Of a stretch of DNA of 64,000 nt, positions 40,975-52,249 are shown one piece after another. Below the pieces are notes generated by a model. The model did not search any database. It was given only the letters and a program-made list of their open reading frames with translations, and was not told the origin of the DNA. The position numbers and the translations under genes were made by a program. The DNA is taken from positions 64,001-128,000 of the IMG/VR virus record IMGVR_UViG_3300021431_002946; one strand, 5' to 3'. How positions within the stretch are numbered: position 1 is the first letter of the stretch; the number at the start of each line of letters is the position of its first letter. The DNA comes from a virus (taxonomy: Duplodnaviria > Heunggongvirae > Uroviricota > Caudoviricetes).

Positions 40975-41646
40975 ATGAGTAAACTATTTCCAGGTAATGC
41001 AAAAGAGATTGAAAAATTATCAGAAACAATTGAAAATATTATTGATGAACAAAAGGTTGTAAATCTAAATGAAAAGGTAAATATAGATTTTTATTTAGGC
41101 GGTTTTGGTGGTTTTGATATTATTTCAGAGTTACCAACAAGCGTTTCTATAACTTGTTATAGTGAATATTTTTCTGAAAATTTTAATGAATTTAAAGAAG
41201 ATACAACTATATATGAATTTTTAAAAAGTGCAAGTGTAGACGTAGATAAGTCAGATAATATGATACATGCACCAAATTATTTAACTTTTATTGGTCATGT
41301 AAAGCCAGAAGGTTATAAATACATACAATATAATAAAGGTGATAAAAATCCTTATGAAAATAACGAAATATTCGAAGAAGATTGTACTGTTATTGGTATA
41401 GATCCAAAATTATTAAATATATCAAAATTTTTTAATAAATGTCTTACAGACAATTTTAGTTGGTTTTTAGACTTATTACCTAACTATGAAATTAGTGAAG
41501 ATGTATTTAATATGTTTTCTAATAAAAGCGGTGGTCATTTTGCGAATGGATTTAATAAAATTTCTACTCAAATGACATATAATGATTTATTAAAATTACA
41601 AAATAATTTTACAAAAGATGCTGATATATATTTTATAATAAAATAA
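40975..41646 (+). CDS. hypothetical protein
   Basis: AAGGAG RBS. Confidence 0.7.
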   Translation: MSKLFPGNAKEIEKLSETIENIIDEQKVVNLNEKVNIDFYLGGFGGFDIISELPTSVSITCYSEYFSENFNEFKEDTTIYEFLKSASVDVDKSDNMIHAPNYLTFIGHVKPEGYKYIQYNKGDKNPYENNEIFEEDCTVIGIDPKLLNISKFFNKCLTDNFSWFLDLLPNYEISEDVFNMFSNKSGGHFANGFNKISTQMTYNDLLKLQNNFTKDADIYFIIK

Positions 41647-42258
41647 TATTTGTGGAGGAGAAAAATAAAATGGTAGTAATTAAGTGGACAAACAACTTTA
41701 GCGGTGAAACAGGTTTTGTAGAGAGCATTGATACAAAAGAGAAACATTTTATTAATACATATGATATTCAAAATGCAAAGCAATACAAAGCTGAAGCAAA
41801 TGCTAAAGGAATGATTTCTAAGCTTATTTCATTTGGAGAAGGCGATAACAATACTTTTGAAATTGTTGAAGTCTGATCTATGCTGAAAATACTACGAATT
41901 TCAAATAAAAAGATCTCTATAGATAATATAGAGATCTTAACATATATAAAAAAATTTAATAATATAAAATATAATGATATGCTTATATATGAATTAGATG
42001 AAATTTGTTTTTGTGGTGCAATGGGAAAATTAATTGTATATGTTGTACAAGGTAAAATATATAAATTAGCATTTTCCTGTATCAATATGCACAATATTTT
42101 TGGTATATCGCCAGATTTTGATGCTTATAATACATTCTTAGCAGAGATGGAAGAAAATTATAGACAACAAAATAAAAATAAATTTTATAATAAGAGATTT
42201 GAATTTAAGATCTTGAAGAATGATAATAATTTTGTGACAATAATAAGAGGTAGAGACT

Positions 42259-42543
42259 ATGCGGTTAATGAGATATAGTTTTATATGTCCTATCTGTGAT
42301 AAATCTTATTATACTTATGTAGAGCAAAAACATTTTCAAGAAATGTTTGATCATAATATTTCTATAGAAGATAATTTTATTGGTTATCCTGACTATTATT
42401 TAAAAATGATTAAAACTGCAATTTGTCCAAAATGTCAACAAATTAATGTTAAGACTATTTGTTTAGATGAAACAGATAGTAGAGATGATATTTTATATAA
42501 TTATATACAAGAATTAGAAAAGAATTCAAAACGACAACTCTGA
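42259..42543 (+). CDS. small zinc-binding protein
   Basis: CPIC...CPKCQ; similar layout to 49299. Confidence 0.6.
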   Translation: MRLMRYSFICPICDKSYYTYVEQKHFQEMFDHNISIEDNFIGYPDYYLKMIKTAICPKCQQINVKTICLDETDSRDDILYNYIQELEKNSKRQL

Positions 42544-42544
42544 T

Positions 42545-42573
42545 TTTACTTTTTTATTATTATAAAATATAAT
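42545..42573 (+). promoter_or_regulatory. sigmaA-type promoter
   Basis: TTTACT-17-TATAAT upstream of the large surface protein. Confidence 0.55.
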
Positions 42574-42623
42574 AATTTAAATTATGTAAAGATTTAGAGT
42601 AATCTTACGTAAGGAGGTAAACA

Positions 42624-45600
42624 ATGCGATCAAAGAAATTAGTATCATTAATATTTACGATGATACTTACTATTATTTTGGTTCCTACTGTTGTATTTGC
42701 ACAAGAAGTTAATGTTATTGCGAATACAGGAGTAAAAATTGAACAGCCAGATCCAAATAGTGTAATTCGTGGTAAGAAACGTGCTACTAAGCGATTTAGA
42801 GATACAAAGGCAGCTAAGAATAATGATGATTTGATGAAATCATACATTAATAATCGTCTTTCTACTAAATCTCAAAATATTAAATCAAAGAGAGCAAACG
42901 TAACTGCAGGTAGTAAGTTATTATTCAATAATAAGATTGGTTACGATTCATTACTCGAAAAGATTAAAGAAGTTGCTGCAGGTACTAGAACAAGTACTGA
43001 GTTTGAAATTGAGCCTGAAGAAATTCTTGGATATAGAGCATTCACTGCAGATGAATGGGATGATGTAGAGTCAATAATGGATAATGGTGAAATCTCCTAC
43101 GATGCAACAGAAGCAATGATGGATCAAATTGATATGGATCTTGAGTTAATTTATTACGCATTATTAGCAGATTGTCCTTATGAATTATATTGGTTTGATA
43201 AAACAGAAGGTATTTTCTTTGAATATCCAGACGTTGACGCATATTATGATACAGATTTAGGTGAATATGTTATTTATTATACTGGTAATATTGTACTTAG
43301 ATTTGCAGTTGCAAAAGGATATGATAAAGAAGAATTTAAAATTGATACCTCAAAGATTACTAAAGTAAATACAGCAATTAATAACGCAAAAGCAATTGTT
43401 AATTCTGCAGCTGGTAAAACTGACTACGAAAAGTTAGTATTTTATCGTAATAAAATTTGTAGTTTAGTTGAGTATAATACAGCTTGTTTAGAGACAGATG
43501 AACTTATATATGGTGACCCTTGGCAAATAATTTATGTATTTGATAATGATCCAAAAACAAATGTTGTTTGTGAAGGTTATTCAAAAGCATTTAAATATTT
43601 ATGTGATCTAACTAACTTTAATAAAAATATTGAATGTATTGTTGCGTGTGGAGATATGATTACTCCAACAATGAATGATCGTCATATGTGGAACGTTGTA
43701 AAGATGGAAGATGGTAAGAACTATCTTGTAGACGTTACAAACTGTGATATGGGAGGTACAAATGAGCCTTCTGATAAATTATTCTTAGTTGGTTATTATG
43801 AAGGAGATTTATATACTGGTTATGTAATTTACACTAAGAATTATCTTATGACATATGCATATGATGAATATGATACATTAAAGATATTTGATGATACAGA
43901 TCTTATATTAAGTAATTTTAATTATACGCCTGGAGAAAATATTGCAACAGGTACTTGTGGTCCTAATGCTAGATGGGAATTATCTAAGACAGGTGTCTTA
44001 AATATTATGGGATCTGGTAAGATGTATAATTATACTAATGCAAAAGATTATCCTTGGGCTAGTTATGTTTCAAATATTAAAACAGTAGTATTTGATGAAG
44101 GTATAACTAATGTTGGTGATTATGCATTCTATAAATGTGGTAATATAACAACTGTTACATTAGCAAATTCAATTACTGAAATTGGTGGTAATGCATTTGA
44201 TAGTTGTACTGATTTAACTACAATAAATAATTTCCATAATAATATTACTTCTATTGGTAGTTATGCATTTAATAAGTGTACAAGTATTGTTACATTAAAA
44301 ATTCCTAATAAAATAACTAAGATTTATGCTGGAACATTTGCAAATTGTACAAAACTTAAGAGTATTACAATTCCTAGTACAGTAACAGTTATTTATGATC
44401 ATGCATTTGAATATTGTACTACTTTAACTTCTATTACTATTCCTGGTAATGTTGAAACAGTTGGAATGAGTGCATTTGCAAATTGTACTGCATTAAAGAG
44501 TATTAGATTATTAGATGGTGTAAAAACTATTAATGGTAGTGCATTTGAAAATTGTAATAAAGTAACTGCAATTGAAATTGCAAATTCAGTTTCTTATATT
44601 TATGGTGGTGCATTTAAGAATTGTAGTAGTATTAATCATGTTTATTTTGATGGAACTGCTTCAGAATGGAATAATAGAACAATTATTATAACAGATAATA
44701 ATTATTTACTTGCTGCACCTCAAAAACATTTTGCATATATAAGCCTTAAAGTAACATTTGATTCTGGTACATACGCAATTGAATCAAAGAGAGTTTTAGC
44801 AAAATCAGACGTATCAATTGCGCTTGAATTTGATCCAGGTTATGAACTTAGTTCTATAACATTTAATACTTCAACTATAAATTATTCAACTAGTTGGAAT
44901 AGTGGTAAAATGTATATTACATTTAAAGCGCCTGCTGATGATTTTGCAAATGATTTAACTATTAATATTGTTGGCGCTAAACATAATTTAGTACATTATG
45001 AAAAGAAAGATCCAACTTGTACAGAAGATGGATGTCAAGAGCATTGGACATGCTCTAATTGTGGAAGAACGTATGCAGATGCTGAAGGTAAAACTGACAT
45101 AACAAATAGTAATTTTGGTATTCCAGCATTAGGTCATAAATATGGTACTCCTACAATAACTGAACCTGCAACTTGTGTAAGTTCTGGTAAACAAGTTAAG
45201 AAGTGTGAGAGATGTGATCATGAAGAAGAAGAAATAATTCCTGCAACTGGTCATAAACTTACACATGTACCTAAGAAAGAACCTACAAAGGCTGAAGAAG
45301 GATGTCAAGAGCATTGGAAATGTGAAAATTGTGGATTATTATTTACAGATTCTAATGGTACAAATATTGCGTCACTTGCAAGTCTTACTATACCTAAATT
45401 AACTCATATTTTAACACATGTTAATAAGTTATCTCCTACTTGTACAGAAGCAGGATATGTTGAGCATTGGGTATGTAAAGATAAAGAATGTGGTTGCGGT
45501 AAGCATTATAAAGATCAGTACGGTACTCAAGGAATAAGTGATGCAGATCTTATTCTTAATCCATTAGGTCATAATAATGTAAATAAAGAATTTACACCTG

Positions 45601-46598
45601 CTTCATGTGAAAAAGATGGTCATGAAGATTATTATGAATGTAAGAATTGTCATAAACTCTTTAAGGATTTACAAGGAACTAAACCTATTGATAAAATTCC
45701 AATTATACCTAAGTTAGGTCATAATTTTAATATGGAAGATGGAGATGTTGAAAAAGAGCCTACTTGCGAAGAAAAAGGTATTATGTCTTATCCTTGTACA
45801 AGAGCAAATTGTTCTGCAACTAAAAATGTAGAAATTCCTGCTTTAGGTCATGATAAAGACGATGCTATACATTTTGAAAAAGAACCTGCCACAAGAGATG
45901 AAGATGGATGTATTGAGTATTGGCAGTGTCCAAGATGTAATAAAAAGTTTAAGGATGCAGATTTGACTCAACCTGTAACTGGAACAGAACTTATTATTCC
46001 TGCAATTGGTTGTGCTAAGTTAAATGAAGAATTTGATGTTAATACATTAAGATATAGAGTTACAAATCCTATAACTAATGGTTCTGGTACTGTAATTCTT
46101 ATTGGAACAACTGAAGATTTTACTGGTACTGCAAGTATTCCATCTACAGTCACTTATAAAGAAACAGTTTATAAAGTAACTAGAATTGGAACTAAAGCAT
46201 TCTATGGAAATAAAGTAATTACATCTGTATCAATTGGTTCAAATATTACAGTTATTGATAGTTATGCATTTGCATATTGTTCAAATCTTAGAGTTGTTTC
46301 TGGTGGTAAAAATGTAAAGACTATTGGTAATAGAGCATTTTTGTGTTGTAGTAGATTATACTCATTTACAATTAGTTCTAGTACATTAAGATCGCTCGGT
46401 CAATATACTTTCTATAAAGATTCAAAACTTAAGACAATTAATATTAGATATACTACTAAGTTAACAAAATCTGGTGTTAAGAAGTCTCTTAAGAGCTCAT
46501 CTGTAAAGAAAGTAAGAGTTAAGAAGTCTAAAGTTAGAAAGTATAAAAAATACTTTACAAAGAAGAACTGTGGACGTAGAGTAAAAGTTAAGAAGTAA
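42624..46598 (+). CDS. secreted protein: transglutaminase-like domain, BspA-type LRRs and Cys/His repeats
   Basis: Signal peptide; VCEGYSKAF...HMWN...VD triad; IGxxAFxxC repeats; PTCTEDG...HW.C..CG repeats; Lys-rich tail. Confidence 0.85.
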   Translation: MRSKKLVSLIFTMILTIILVPTVVFAQEVNVIANTGVKIEQPDPNSVIRGKKRATKRFRDTKAAKNNDDLMKSYINNRLSTKSQNIKSKRANVTAGSKLLFNNKIGYDSLLEKIKEVAAGTRTSTEFEIEPEEILGYRAFTADEWDDVESIMDNGEISYDATEAMMDQIDMDLELIYYALLADCPYELYWFDKTEGIFFEYPDVDAYYDTDLGEYVIYYTGNIVLRFAVAKGYDKEEFKIDTSKITKVNTAINNAKAIVNSAAGKTDYEKLVFYRNKICSLVEYNTACLETDELIYGDPWQIIYVFDNDPKTNVVCEGYSKAFKYLCDLTNFNKNIECIVACGDMITPTMNDRHMWNVVKMEDGKNYLVDVTNCDMGGTNEPSDKLFLVGYYEGDLYTGYVIYTKNYLMTYAYDEYDTLKIFDDTDLILSNFNYTPGENIATGTCGPNARWELSKTGVLNIMGSGKMYNYTNAKDYPWASYVSNIKTVVFDEGITNVGDYAFYKCGNITTVTLANSITEIGGNAFDSCTDLTTINNFHNNITSIGSYAFNKCTSIVTLKIPNKITKIYAGTFANCTKLKSITIPSTVTVIYDHAFEYCTTLTSITIPGNVETVGMSAFANCTALKSIRLLDGVKTINGSAFENCNKVTAIEIANSVSYIYGGAFKNCSSINHVYFDGTASEWNNRTIIITDNNYLLAAPQKHFAYISLKVTFDSGTYAIESKRVLAKSDVSIALEFDPGYELSSITFNTSTINYSTSWNSGKMYITFKAPADDFANDLTINIVGAKHNLVHYEKKDPTCTEDGCQEHWTCSNCGRTYADAEGKTDITNSNFGIPALGHKYGTPTITEPATCVSSGKQVKKCERCDHEEEEIIPATGHKLTHVPKKEPTKAEEGCQEHWKCENCGLLFTDSNGTNIASLASLTIPKLTHILTHVNKLSPTCTEAGYVEHWVCKDKECGCGKHYKDQYGTQGISDADLILNPLGHNNVNKEFTPASCEKDGHEDYYECKNCHKLFKDLQGTKPIDKIPIIPKLGHNFNMEDGDVEKEPTCEEKGIMSYPCTRANCSATKNVEIPALGHDKDDAIHFEKEPATRDEDGCIEYWQCPRCNKKFKDADLTQPVTGTELIIPAIGCAKLNEEFDVNTLRYRVTNPITNGSGTVILIGTTEDFTGTASIPSTVTYKETVYKVTRIGTKAFYGNKVITSVSIGSNITVIDSYAFAYCSNLRVVSGGKNVKTIGNRAFLCCSRLYSFTISSSTLRSLGQYTFYKDSKLKTINIRYTTKLTKSGVKKSLKSSSVKKVRVKKSKVRKYKKYFTKKNCGRRVKVKK

Positions 46599-46663
46599 TA
46601 AAACAATGCCTAGCCTGTAATAAGGTTAGGCATATGTTTATTCTGATATGGGAGGTAACTTAT

Positions 46664-47044
46664 ATGGAAAAATTTACTGAAGATGAAATTAATATGGCTG
46701 AAAATTTTACACCAATTATTTTACAGTCTGCTTTAAATTGGTCAGATGAAGATACTGAATTCTATAGTGAAGCATATGATCATTTTGACTTTTTCTATGA
46801 AGAAAATTCTAAACTTTTGCAAGAATATTTAAATAATGCGGATGCTGATAATGAATTTGAAGGTGATACTTTATCTGGCGTATTGACAAAGGTTGCATTA
46901 ATATTTACAATAAGTATGATCCGGAGAGCAAAAACAGTAGAAAAAGATCATCAAATATTTATATCATTTGTTTATGCATCTATTGCAGTATTAGCAAATT
47001 ATAAAGATTTTTATGATGATATGTTAGACGATGAAAATGAATAA
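46664..47044 (+). CDS. hypothetical acidic protein
   Basis: GGGAGG RBS before MEKF. Confidence 0.65.
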   Translation: MEKFTEDEINMAENFTPIILQSALNWSDEDTEFYSEAYDHFDFFYEENSKLLQEYLNNADADNEFEGDTLSGVLTKVALIFTISMIRRAKTVEKDHQIFISFVYASIAVLANYKDFYDDMLDDENE

Positions 47045-47147
47045 AAGGCTATTTAAATAATAATAGAGTGTTTTATAGAGTTGTTTATAAATATTCATTT
47101 ATAAGACTATATAATTTAATTAAATTATTGTGCTCTATTTGAATCTT

Positions 47148-47208
47148 GACAATTTAATAGTATGTATGCGAACAATGCCTTAGCAATTTGCTAGGGCATT
47201 ATTTTTTA
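47148..47208 (+). repeat. dispersed leader-hairpin repeat, near copy of 62563-62612
   Basis: AATAGTATGTATGCGAA.AATGCCTTAG...CTAGGGCATTATT in both copies. Confidence 0.75.
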
Positions 47209-47264
47209 TATATATACTTTTAAATATAGTTGATATATAATTTTTATATAAAGGAGAGAAGTAA

Positions 47265-47708
47265 ATGAAACCTATAAAAATAAATGCAGAAAATCTTGAA
47301 TATGAATTTGAATTAGGTGATAAATATAGTTTTGAAAACGCAGAATTTGCAAATTTTGAAATAACTGATATTACAATAGAAGATAAAAATACATCAACTA
47401 TTTCATTTATATATACTGCGACTAATAAAACTTTAAATATTCTTGATGAAAATGATCATAAAGAATATAGTTGTCCTACAGACATTGAATTATTTGCAAA
47501 AGTAAAATTTGATACAGATAATTTATTTAGCGCTATACATTTTAATCACGAACATAATTATCTTAATATCCAAAATATAGAAATATTAAATATAAATGTT
47601 AATGTACATACTAATAAAAACAAAGAAGATTATAATAAAAGTGCAATGCTATTTTTAAAGGTATATTATGAAGATTTAATAGAATTATATTTAAAGATAA
47701 ATAAATGA
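47265..47708 (+). CDS. hypothetical protein
   Basis: AAGGAG RBS. Confidence 0.65.
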   Translation: MKPIKINAENLEYEFELGDKYSFENAEFANFEITDITIEDKNTSTISFIYTATNKTLNILDENDHKEYSCPTDIELFAKVKFDTDNLFSAIHFNHEHNYLNIQNIEILNINVNVHTNKNKEDYNKSAMLFLKVYYEDLIELYLKINK

Positions 47709-47721
47709 AAGGAGGTTTAAT

Positions 47722-48282
47722 ATGGTAATGAATGAAGAAGCTAATTATAGAAATTATACAATAAATCATGATGAATGTGTAATTATTAGACTTGACTCAA
47801 ATTTTGCAACAAATATTCAATCAACTAATCATTTAAGAGAAAATGAATATGCAAATTATATTATTCGTCAAATAAGAGATATAGTTCCAAATAGAGATAT
47901 TGAAATATCTGAAGATACAGGAATTACAATAAATATTGGATTACATAGTAATAAATTAGCAATTAGTATTAGATTTTATGATTTAAATGAGTATTATAAT
48001 TTTGTACCAAATTTTGCAAAAGAAATGACTGAGAATTTATATGCAAAAATTGATAATACGATTGTACAATTTATAAATGATATAAATAGCGCTAAAATTC
48101 CATTTGTTACTTTTGATGATGATCAAAAGATTCAAATATTTAATAATAAGATATATGGATATTTTTATGATCTGAATACAAATAAGTATATACAACCTCC
48201 TAAGGCAACTTTAAATTATGTACATATTAAAGAGATAATTACTCCAGTAAAAGAAAGAATTGAGTCTTTTATTAGACAATAA
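47722..48282 (+). CDS. hypothetical protein
   Basis: AGGAGG RBS. Confidence 0.65.
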   Translation: MVMNEEANYRNYTINHDECVIIRLDSNFATNIQSTNHLRENEYANYIIRQIRDIVPNRDIEISEDTGITINIGLHSNKLAISIRFYDLNEYYNFVPNFAKEMTENLYAKIDNTIVQFINDINSAKIPFVTFDDDQKIQIFNNKIYGYFYDLNTNKYIQPPKATLNYVHIKEIITPVKERIESFIRQ

Positions 48283-48293
48283 ATGAGGTTAAT

Positions 48294-48716
48294 ATGAGTT
48301 ATATAACATTATATGCAGGTTTAGTTTTATATAGTGAAAAAAGATTTGAAATTGCAGAATACGAATGTGAAATACTTCCAAATGGAATGTATAAACTTCT
48401 TTATAAACGTGCATTACCTAAAGACAGAGAACACATGACAACTGCAATTCATGAAAAATTATTAGATAAAAGAATTTATATTGATAAAGCAAAAAATGTA
48501 AATTTTGTTTTCTATTCTTTAGACAAAAATGCAGTATTATTTGAATTATTAAAAAGTAAAGAAGATTTTATAAAATTACAAGATAATTTAATTAATATGA
48601 AAATGAAAGAAATTGCTGAGTTACAAAAGCAAATAAATAAGCATAATAAAAAGAAAGACCAAATGCTACAAGATTTTAATATTAAATCAGTTGATGTAAT
48701 AAATTATAAGGAGTAA
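48294..48716 (+). CDS. hypothetical protein with C-terminal coiled coil
   Basis: GAGG RBS. Confidence 0.65.
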   Translation: MSYITLYAGLVLYSEKRFEIAEYECEILPNGMYKLLYKRALPKDREHMTTAIHEKLLDKRIYIDKAKNVNFVFYSLDKNAVLFELLKSKEDFIKLQDNLINMKMKEIAELQKQINKHNKKKDQMLQDFNIKSVDVINYKE

Positions 48717-48720
48717 TTTT

Positions 48721-49272
48721 ATGAGAGAAAATACTATTCATGATTTAGAAGATTATTTGAATGGATTTCGTATGTGTGATGAACTCTCACAAAAAGAAAT
48801 TAATGAAATTTTAGAAGATTATGAAGATTGGGATAAAAATTGTTTAGATGAAGATTGTTATTATTATGATGGTATTCCTTATATTCATACTGATGAGAAT
48901 AATCTAAATAAATTCAAAGAACTTTATACTCTTGCAAAAACTATAAATGAAAATGGAGTAGAAGGTTTTTCAGATAATAAATACGAACTTTCTATTCGTG
49001 TTAATGCAAGTCCTATTGGTTATATGACTTGTAATTTAAACATGAAGACTAAGGAATTTAAAGTTAAAGTATCTATGGACTTTGCTACTATCAAAAGTCT
49101 TGGGGAAGATCCTGATGAATACCATGATATAAATGAATCATTTAGTTCTATTACTGATGCAGTTGATTGTTTTTATGATTGTGTAACGACTACAACTAAT
49201 ATATATGATGGTGTAGAATGTGATAAATTAGATCAATTTTTTGATCTAGTAGATGAAATATATTTTTGGTAA
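48721..49272 (+). CDS. hypothetical protein
   Basis: AAGGAG RBS. Confidence 0.65.
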   Translation: MRENTIHDLEDYLNGFRMCDELSQKEINEILEDYEDWDKNCLDEDCYYYDGIPYIHTDENNLNKFKELYTLAKTINENGVEGFSDNKYELSIRVNASPIGYMTCNLNMKTKEFKVKVSMDFATIKSLGEDPDEYHDINESFSSITDAVDCFYDCVTTTTNIYDGVECDKLDQFFDLVDEIYFW

Positions 49273-49298
49273 TATAAAAATTAATAAAGGAGAATAAT

Positions 49299-49631
49299 AT
49301 GAAATTATCTAAATGTGAATTTGTATGTCCATTTTGTAGAAAAACTAGAATTACTTTTGCTGATGCAAATAAATTAGAATTAAGAAAAAGTGGCGCGCAT
49401 ATACAAGAAATATTTCCACCTGAATATTTTGATGCAACTTATAGAGAAATTTTAATATCTAATATATGTTCAAATTGTCAACTTAGTGTTTTTAGAGATC
49501 CAGAAGATGAAGAAGAACCAGAACTTGTACTATTTGATGCTGAAGATGGTACAAAAGAAGTTAATGAAGTAGAAAATAGAATTAGAGAAATGTATGAAAA
49601 TGCAGAAGCAGATGATAATATTTCTTATTGA
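49299..49631 (+). CDS. small zinc-binding protein
   Basis: CPFC...CSNCQ. Confidence 0.65.
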   Translation: MKLSKCEFVCPFCRKTRITFADANKLELRKSGAHIQEIFPPEYFDATYREILISNICSNCQLSVFRDPEDEEEPELVLFDAEDGTKEVNEVENRIREMYENAEADDNISY

Positions 49632-49849
49632 GGAGTAAATTATATGAAGTTAGGTGAACAATTAAAAGTTATTGAGGCAAGTCAAAAAATAATATTAGAA
49701 GCATATACACAAGACTTTGAAAATTTACCTATAGGAAAAATATTAAAAACTACTATTTATAATGAAAAATTAGATAATTTTTTAAATACTGAAGTTATGG
49801 CTATTAGTGTTGGGCCGAAAGACTCATTGTTAATTAAGATCTGAGGTAA

Positions 49850-50374
49850 TTGTGTATGGACAGTTATTTGGAACATTTAATAAATAATATTATTGAAAGT
49901 GATAATGCTGGAAAATTACAAAAATATTACAAAAATGAAGTAAATAGAGAAGGCATAGATCGAGAAACAAAAATTTATAAATGGAATTTAGGACCTGCAA
50001 AAATAGATGAATTAAAGAATATAATTTCAACAGGTAAAATAGCTGAAGGTAAAAATGATGTAACATTAGCTACAATTCGATATGAAATAAGATATAATTA
50101 TCGAACAGGTATTGAATTAGCTTGTATTATTTCAAAATTAAAGTTAATTGAGAAAGAAACTGGATTGAATGTATATGGAACAATCGAAGTATTTCCTAAT
50201 GATAAAGATCTTAAAATATCTCCAATTACATTAGTAAGTCATTGTGGAAATACACCTGAACAATCAATATTAGACTTTTTTAATACTTTAGATGATCTAA
50301 TTAATTCAATTGCTGATTGTAATAATGAAGAATTAAGAAAATATAAAGAGGTTATACACGAATTATTAGACTAA
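49850..50374 (+). CDS. hypothetical protein
   Basis: GAGG RBS. Confidence 0.65.
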   Translation: MCMDSYLEHLINNIIESDNAGKLQKYYKNEVNREGIDRETKIYKWNLGPAKIDELKNIISTGKIAEGKNDVTLATIRYEIRYNYRTGIELACIISKLKLIEKETGLNVYGTIEVFPNDKDLKISPITLVSHCGNTPEQSILDFFNTLDDLINSIADCNNEELRKYKEVIHELLD

Positions 50375-50384
50375 GGAGTATTTT

Positions 50385-50717
50385 ATGGTAAAAGCAGAAT
50401 GGACAGGCTCTTTTCCGAGTCTTTGTTCTGGAGTATGGAAATTGTGGGTTGATGGTGTAGATGTTTCTGAAAAAATTCCAGAAAGTTTACGTAATGATGA
50501 AATGAATACTTATGGAACTTATTATACTTGGTCCTTTGGAAGTAATTGGAATGAAGAATGGGATATGTATGAAGATGGATTAGAACAAGACTCTTGGATT
50601 AAAGAAAATAACTATTGGCTTTCAACTATCACAAAGGATTATGAAGTAAAAATACAAATTTTTGAAGCAATTCAAATGCACGATTGGCGTCGTAATTCTT
50701 GTGGTGGATGTATATAA
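50385..50717 (+). CDS. hypothetical protein
   Basis: FPSLCSG...CGGCI. Confidence 0.7.
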   Translation: MVKAEWTGSFPSLCSGVWKLWVDGVDVSEKIPESLRNDEMNTYGTYYTWSFGSNWNEEWDMYEDGLEQDSWIKENNYWLSTITKDYEVKIQIFEAIQMHDWRRNSCGGCI

Positions 50718-50731
50718 AAGGAGAAATAAAT

Positions 50732-51014
50732 ATGGAATTTAAGAGTAATGAAGATTTTGCTAAAAAATACAGAAATTTTTTTAATTGATATAGCTGATAT
50801 TGGTGCTAAAAGATGAAATCAATCTTCTAGAGAATTTATAAAAGATATACATTCAAAAAATAATATTATTAATGATATTTTTAATTATAATATAGGTTAT
50901 TTAAGAGATGAAATCGTAGATCTTCAACAATATTGTAAAAAGCAATATGATAACAATGATCCTAGAATTGCAGATATTATTCATAAATGCAATAATATTC
51001 TAGATTTTTCTTGA
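50732..51014 (+). pseudogene. multiply frameshifted ORF
   Basis: AAGGAG RBS + MEFKSNEDF; coding-like sequence continues across breaks in T/A runs. Confidence 0.45.
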
Positions 51015-51035
51015 AAGTTAATAAGGAGCTCAAAA

Positions 51036-51569
51036 ATGTTAAAAGAAGTATTTTCTTATACAGCTAAATTAAGTACATTTGCAGATACTTATTTTGTTGA
51101 TGATAGTGCTGAAGCATTTAATGACGCATTAGATAAAATATATAAATTTTTTGATACTGATATTACTGCACTTGTAAATAATCATGAGTTTTTATTTGAT
51201 TTATATGGAGTAGAATTTAAGTTTGATTCTGTATATGATAATAGTGAAGTAAGACTTGACTTTAGAATTCAAAGCAATATTACAGAAGAAGAATATAAAA
51301 GTGATAAACAGTATGAAATAGGTCTTGAAATACTTATTGTACAAAGTCTTGTTAAAGTTATAGATGATATGAATGAACAATTTAAAAAATATAAAATAAC
51401 GCAAGGTATACCTAAACAAGAAGATGTATATTTTTATGATGGTTCATTTTATCTTAAACTTGTTGGTACATATATAAAAGAAATTAAATATATTACTGCA
51501 GAATTTAGTAATGAAATAGATGATAAACAAATTGATGATATTATTGATGATATTCAATACTCATTCTAA
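51036..51569 (+). CDS. hypothetical protein
   Basis: AAGGAG RBS. Confidence 0.65.
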   Translation: MLKEVFSYTAKLSTFADTYFVDDSAEAFNDALDKIYKFFDTDITALVNNHEFLFDLYGVEFKFDSVYDNSEVRLDFRIQSNITEEEYKSDKQYEIGLEILIVQSLVKVIDDMNEQFKKYKITQGIPKQEDVYFYDGSFYLKLVGTYIKEIKYITAEFSNEIDDKQIDDIIDDIQYSF

Positions 51570-51611
51570 AGAATATTTAATTATAAATATTATAGAAAGG
51601 AAATTATTAAA

Positions 51612-52196
51612 ATGAAATGGAAAGATATAAAAGTTGGACAGAAAATGAAAGATGGTTCTGTTGTAACTCAAATCCATAGAAAGCATCAAGAAGAATGTTG
51701 TAAAGTAACATATGATAATGATAGATCTATGATTTGTGCATATAAACATGTATTTTTAATAGATGTTCATAATTTACCTGATGAAGCAAAAGAAGAATTA
51801 AGTAGAATTTGCACATATGTTCCATTAGAAGAAAGTTATGAAGTTTATTATAATGAGGAACTTTCTATAGAAGAAAAATTGATTGTACAACAATTTTTAA
51901 GTAATGAACCAGTTAATATTGATGTTAAGTGTGTTTTAGATGGAGAAATTGAAGTATATGATTTTTGTTTTGATTCTGGCATAAAGAAAGTTTATGTAAA
52001 GAATGTGATTACAAAGAAAGAGCCTCAAAAAGTAGATGATAATACGTATTGGCTTACATGTAAAGGAATTGATTATTTAATGAAAAAGTATAATGTTAAC
52101 TTATATTGTAATGGTTTAATTATCAATTCTATTGAGCCTGTTGGTAAAAAAGAGTGTTTTTGTATTTCAACTGATACTGGAAGATATGAAACATAA
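51612..52196 (+). CDS. free-standing Hint/intein core lacking blocks A and G
   Basis: WKDIKVGQKM, block B SMICAYKHVFLI, block F INSIEPVGKKECFCISTDTGRYET*. Confidence 0.7.
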   Translation: MKWKDIKVGQKMKDGSVVTQIHRKHQEECCKVTYDNDRSMICAYKHVFLIDVHNLPDEAKEELSRICTYVPLEESYEVYYNEELSIEEKLIVQQFLSNEPVNIDVKCVLDGEIEVYDFCFDSGIKKVYVKNVITKKEPQKVDDNTYWLTCKGIDYLMKKYNVNLYCNGLIINSIEPVGKKECFCISTDTGRYET

Positions 52197-52249
52197 ATAT
52201 ATAAAAATGATAATTATAGTTATAGAGAATAATAAAAGGAGAGAGTTTT

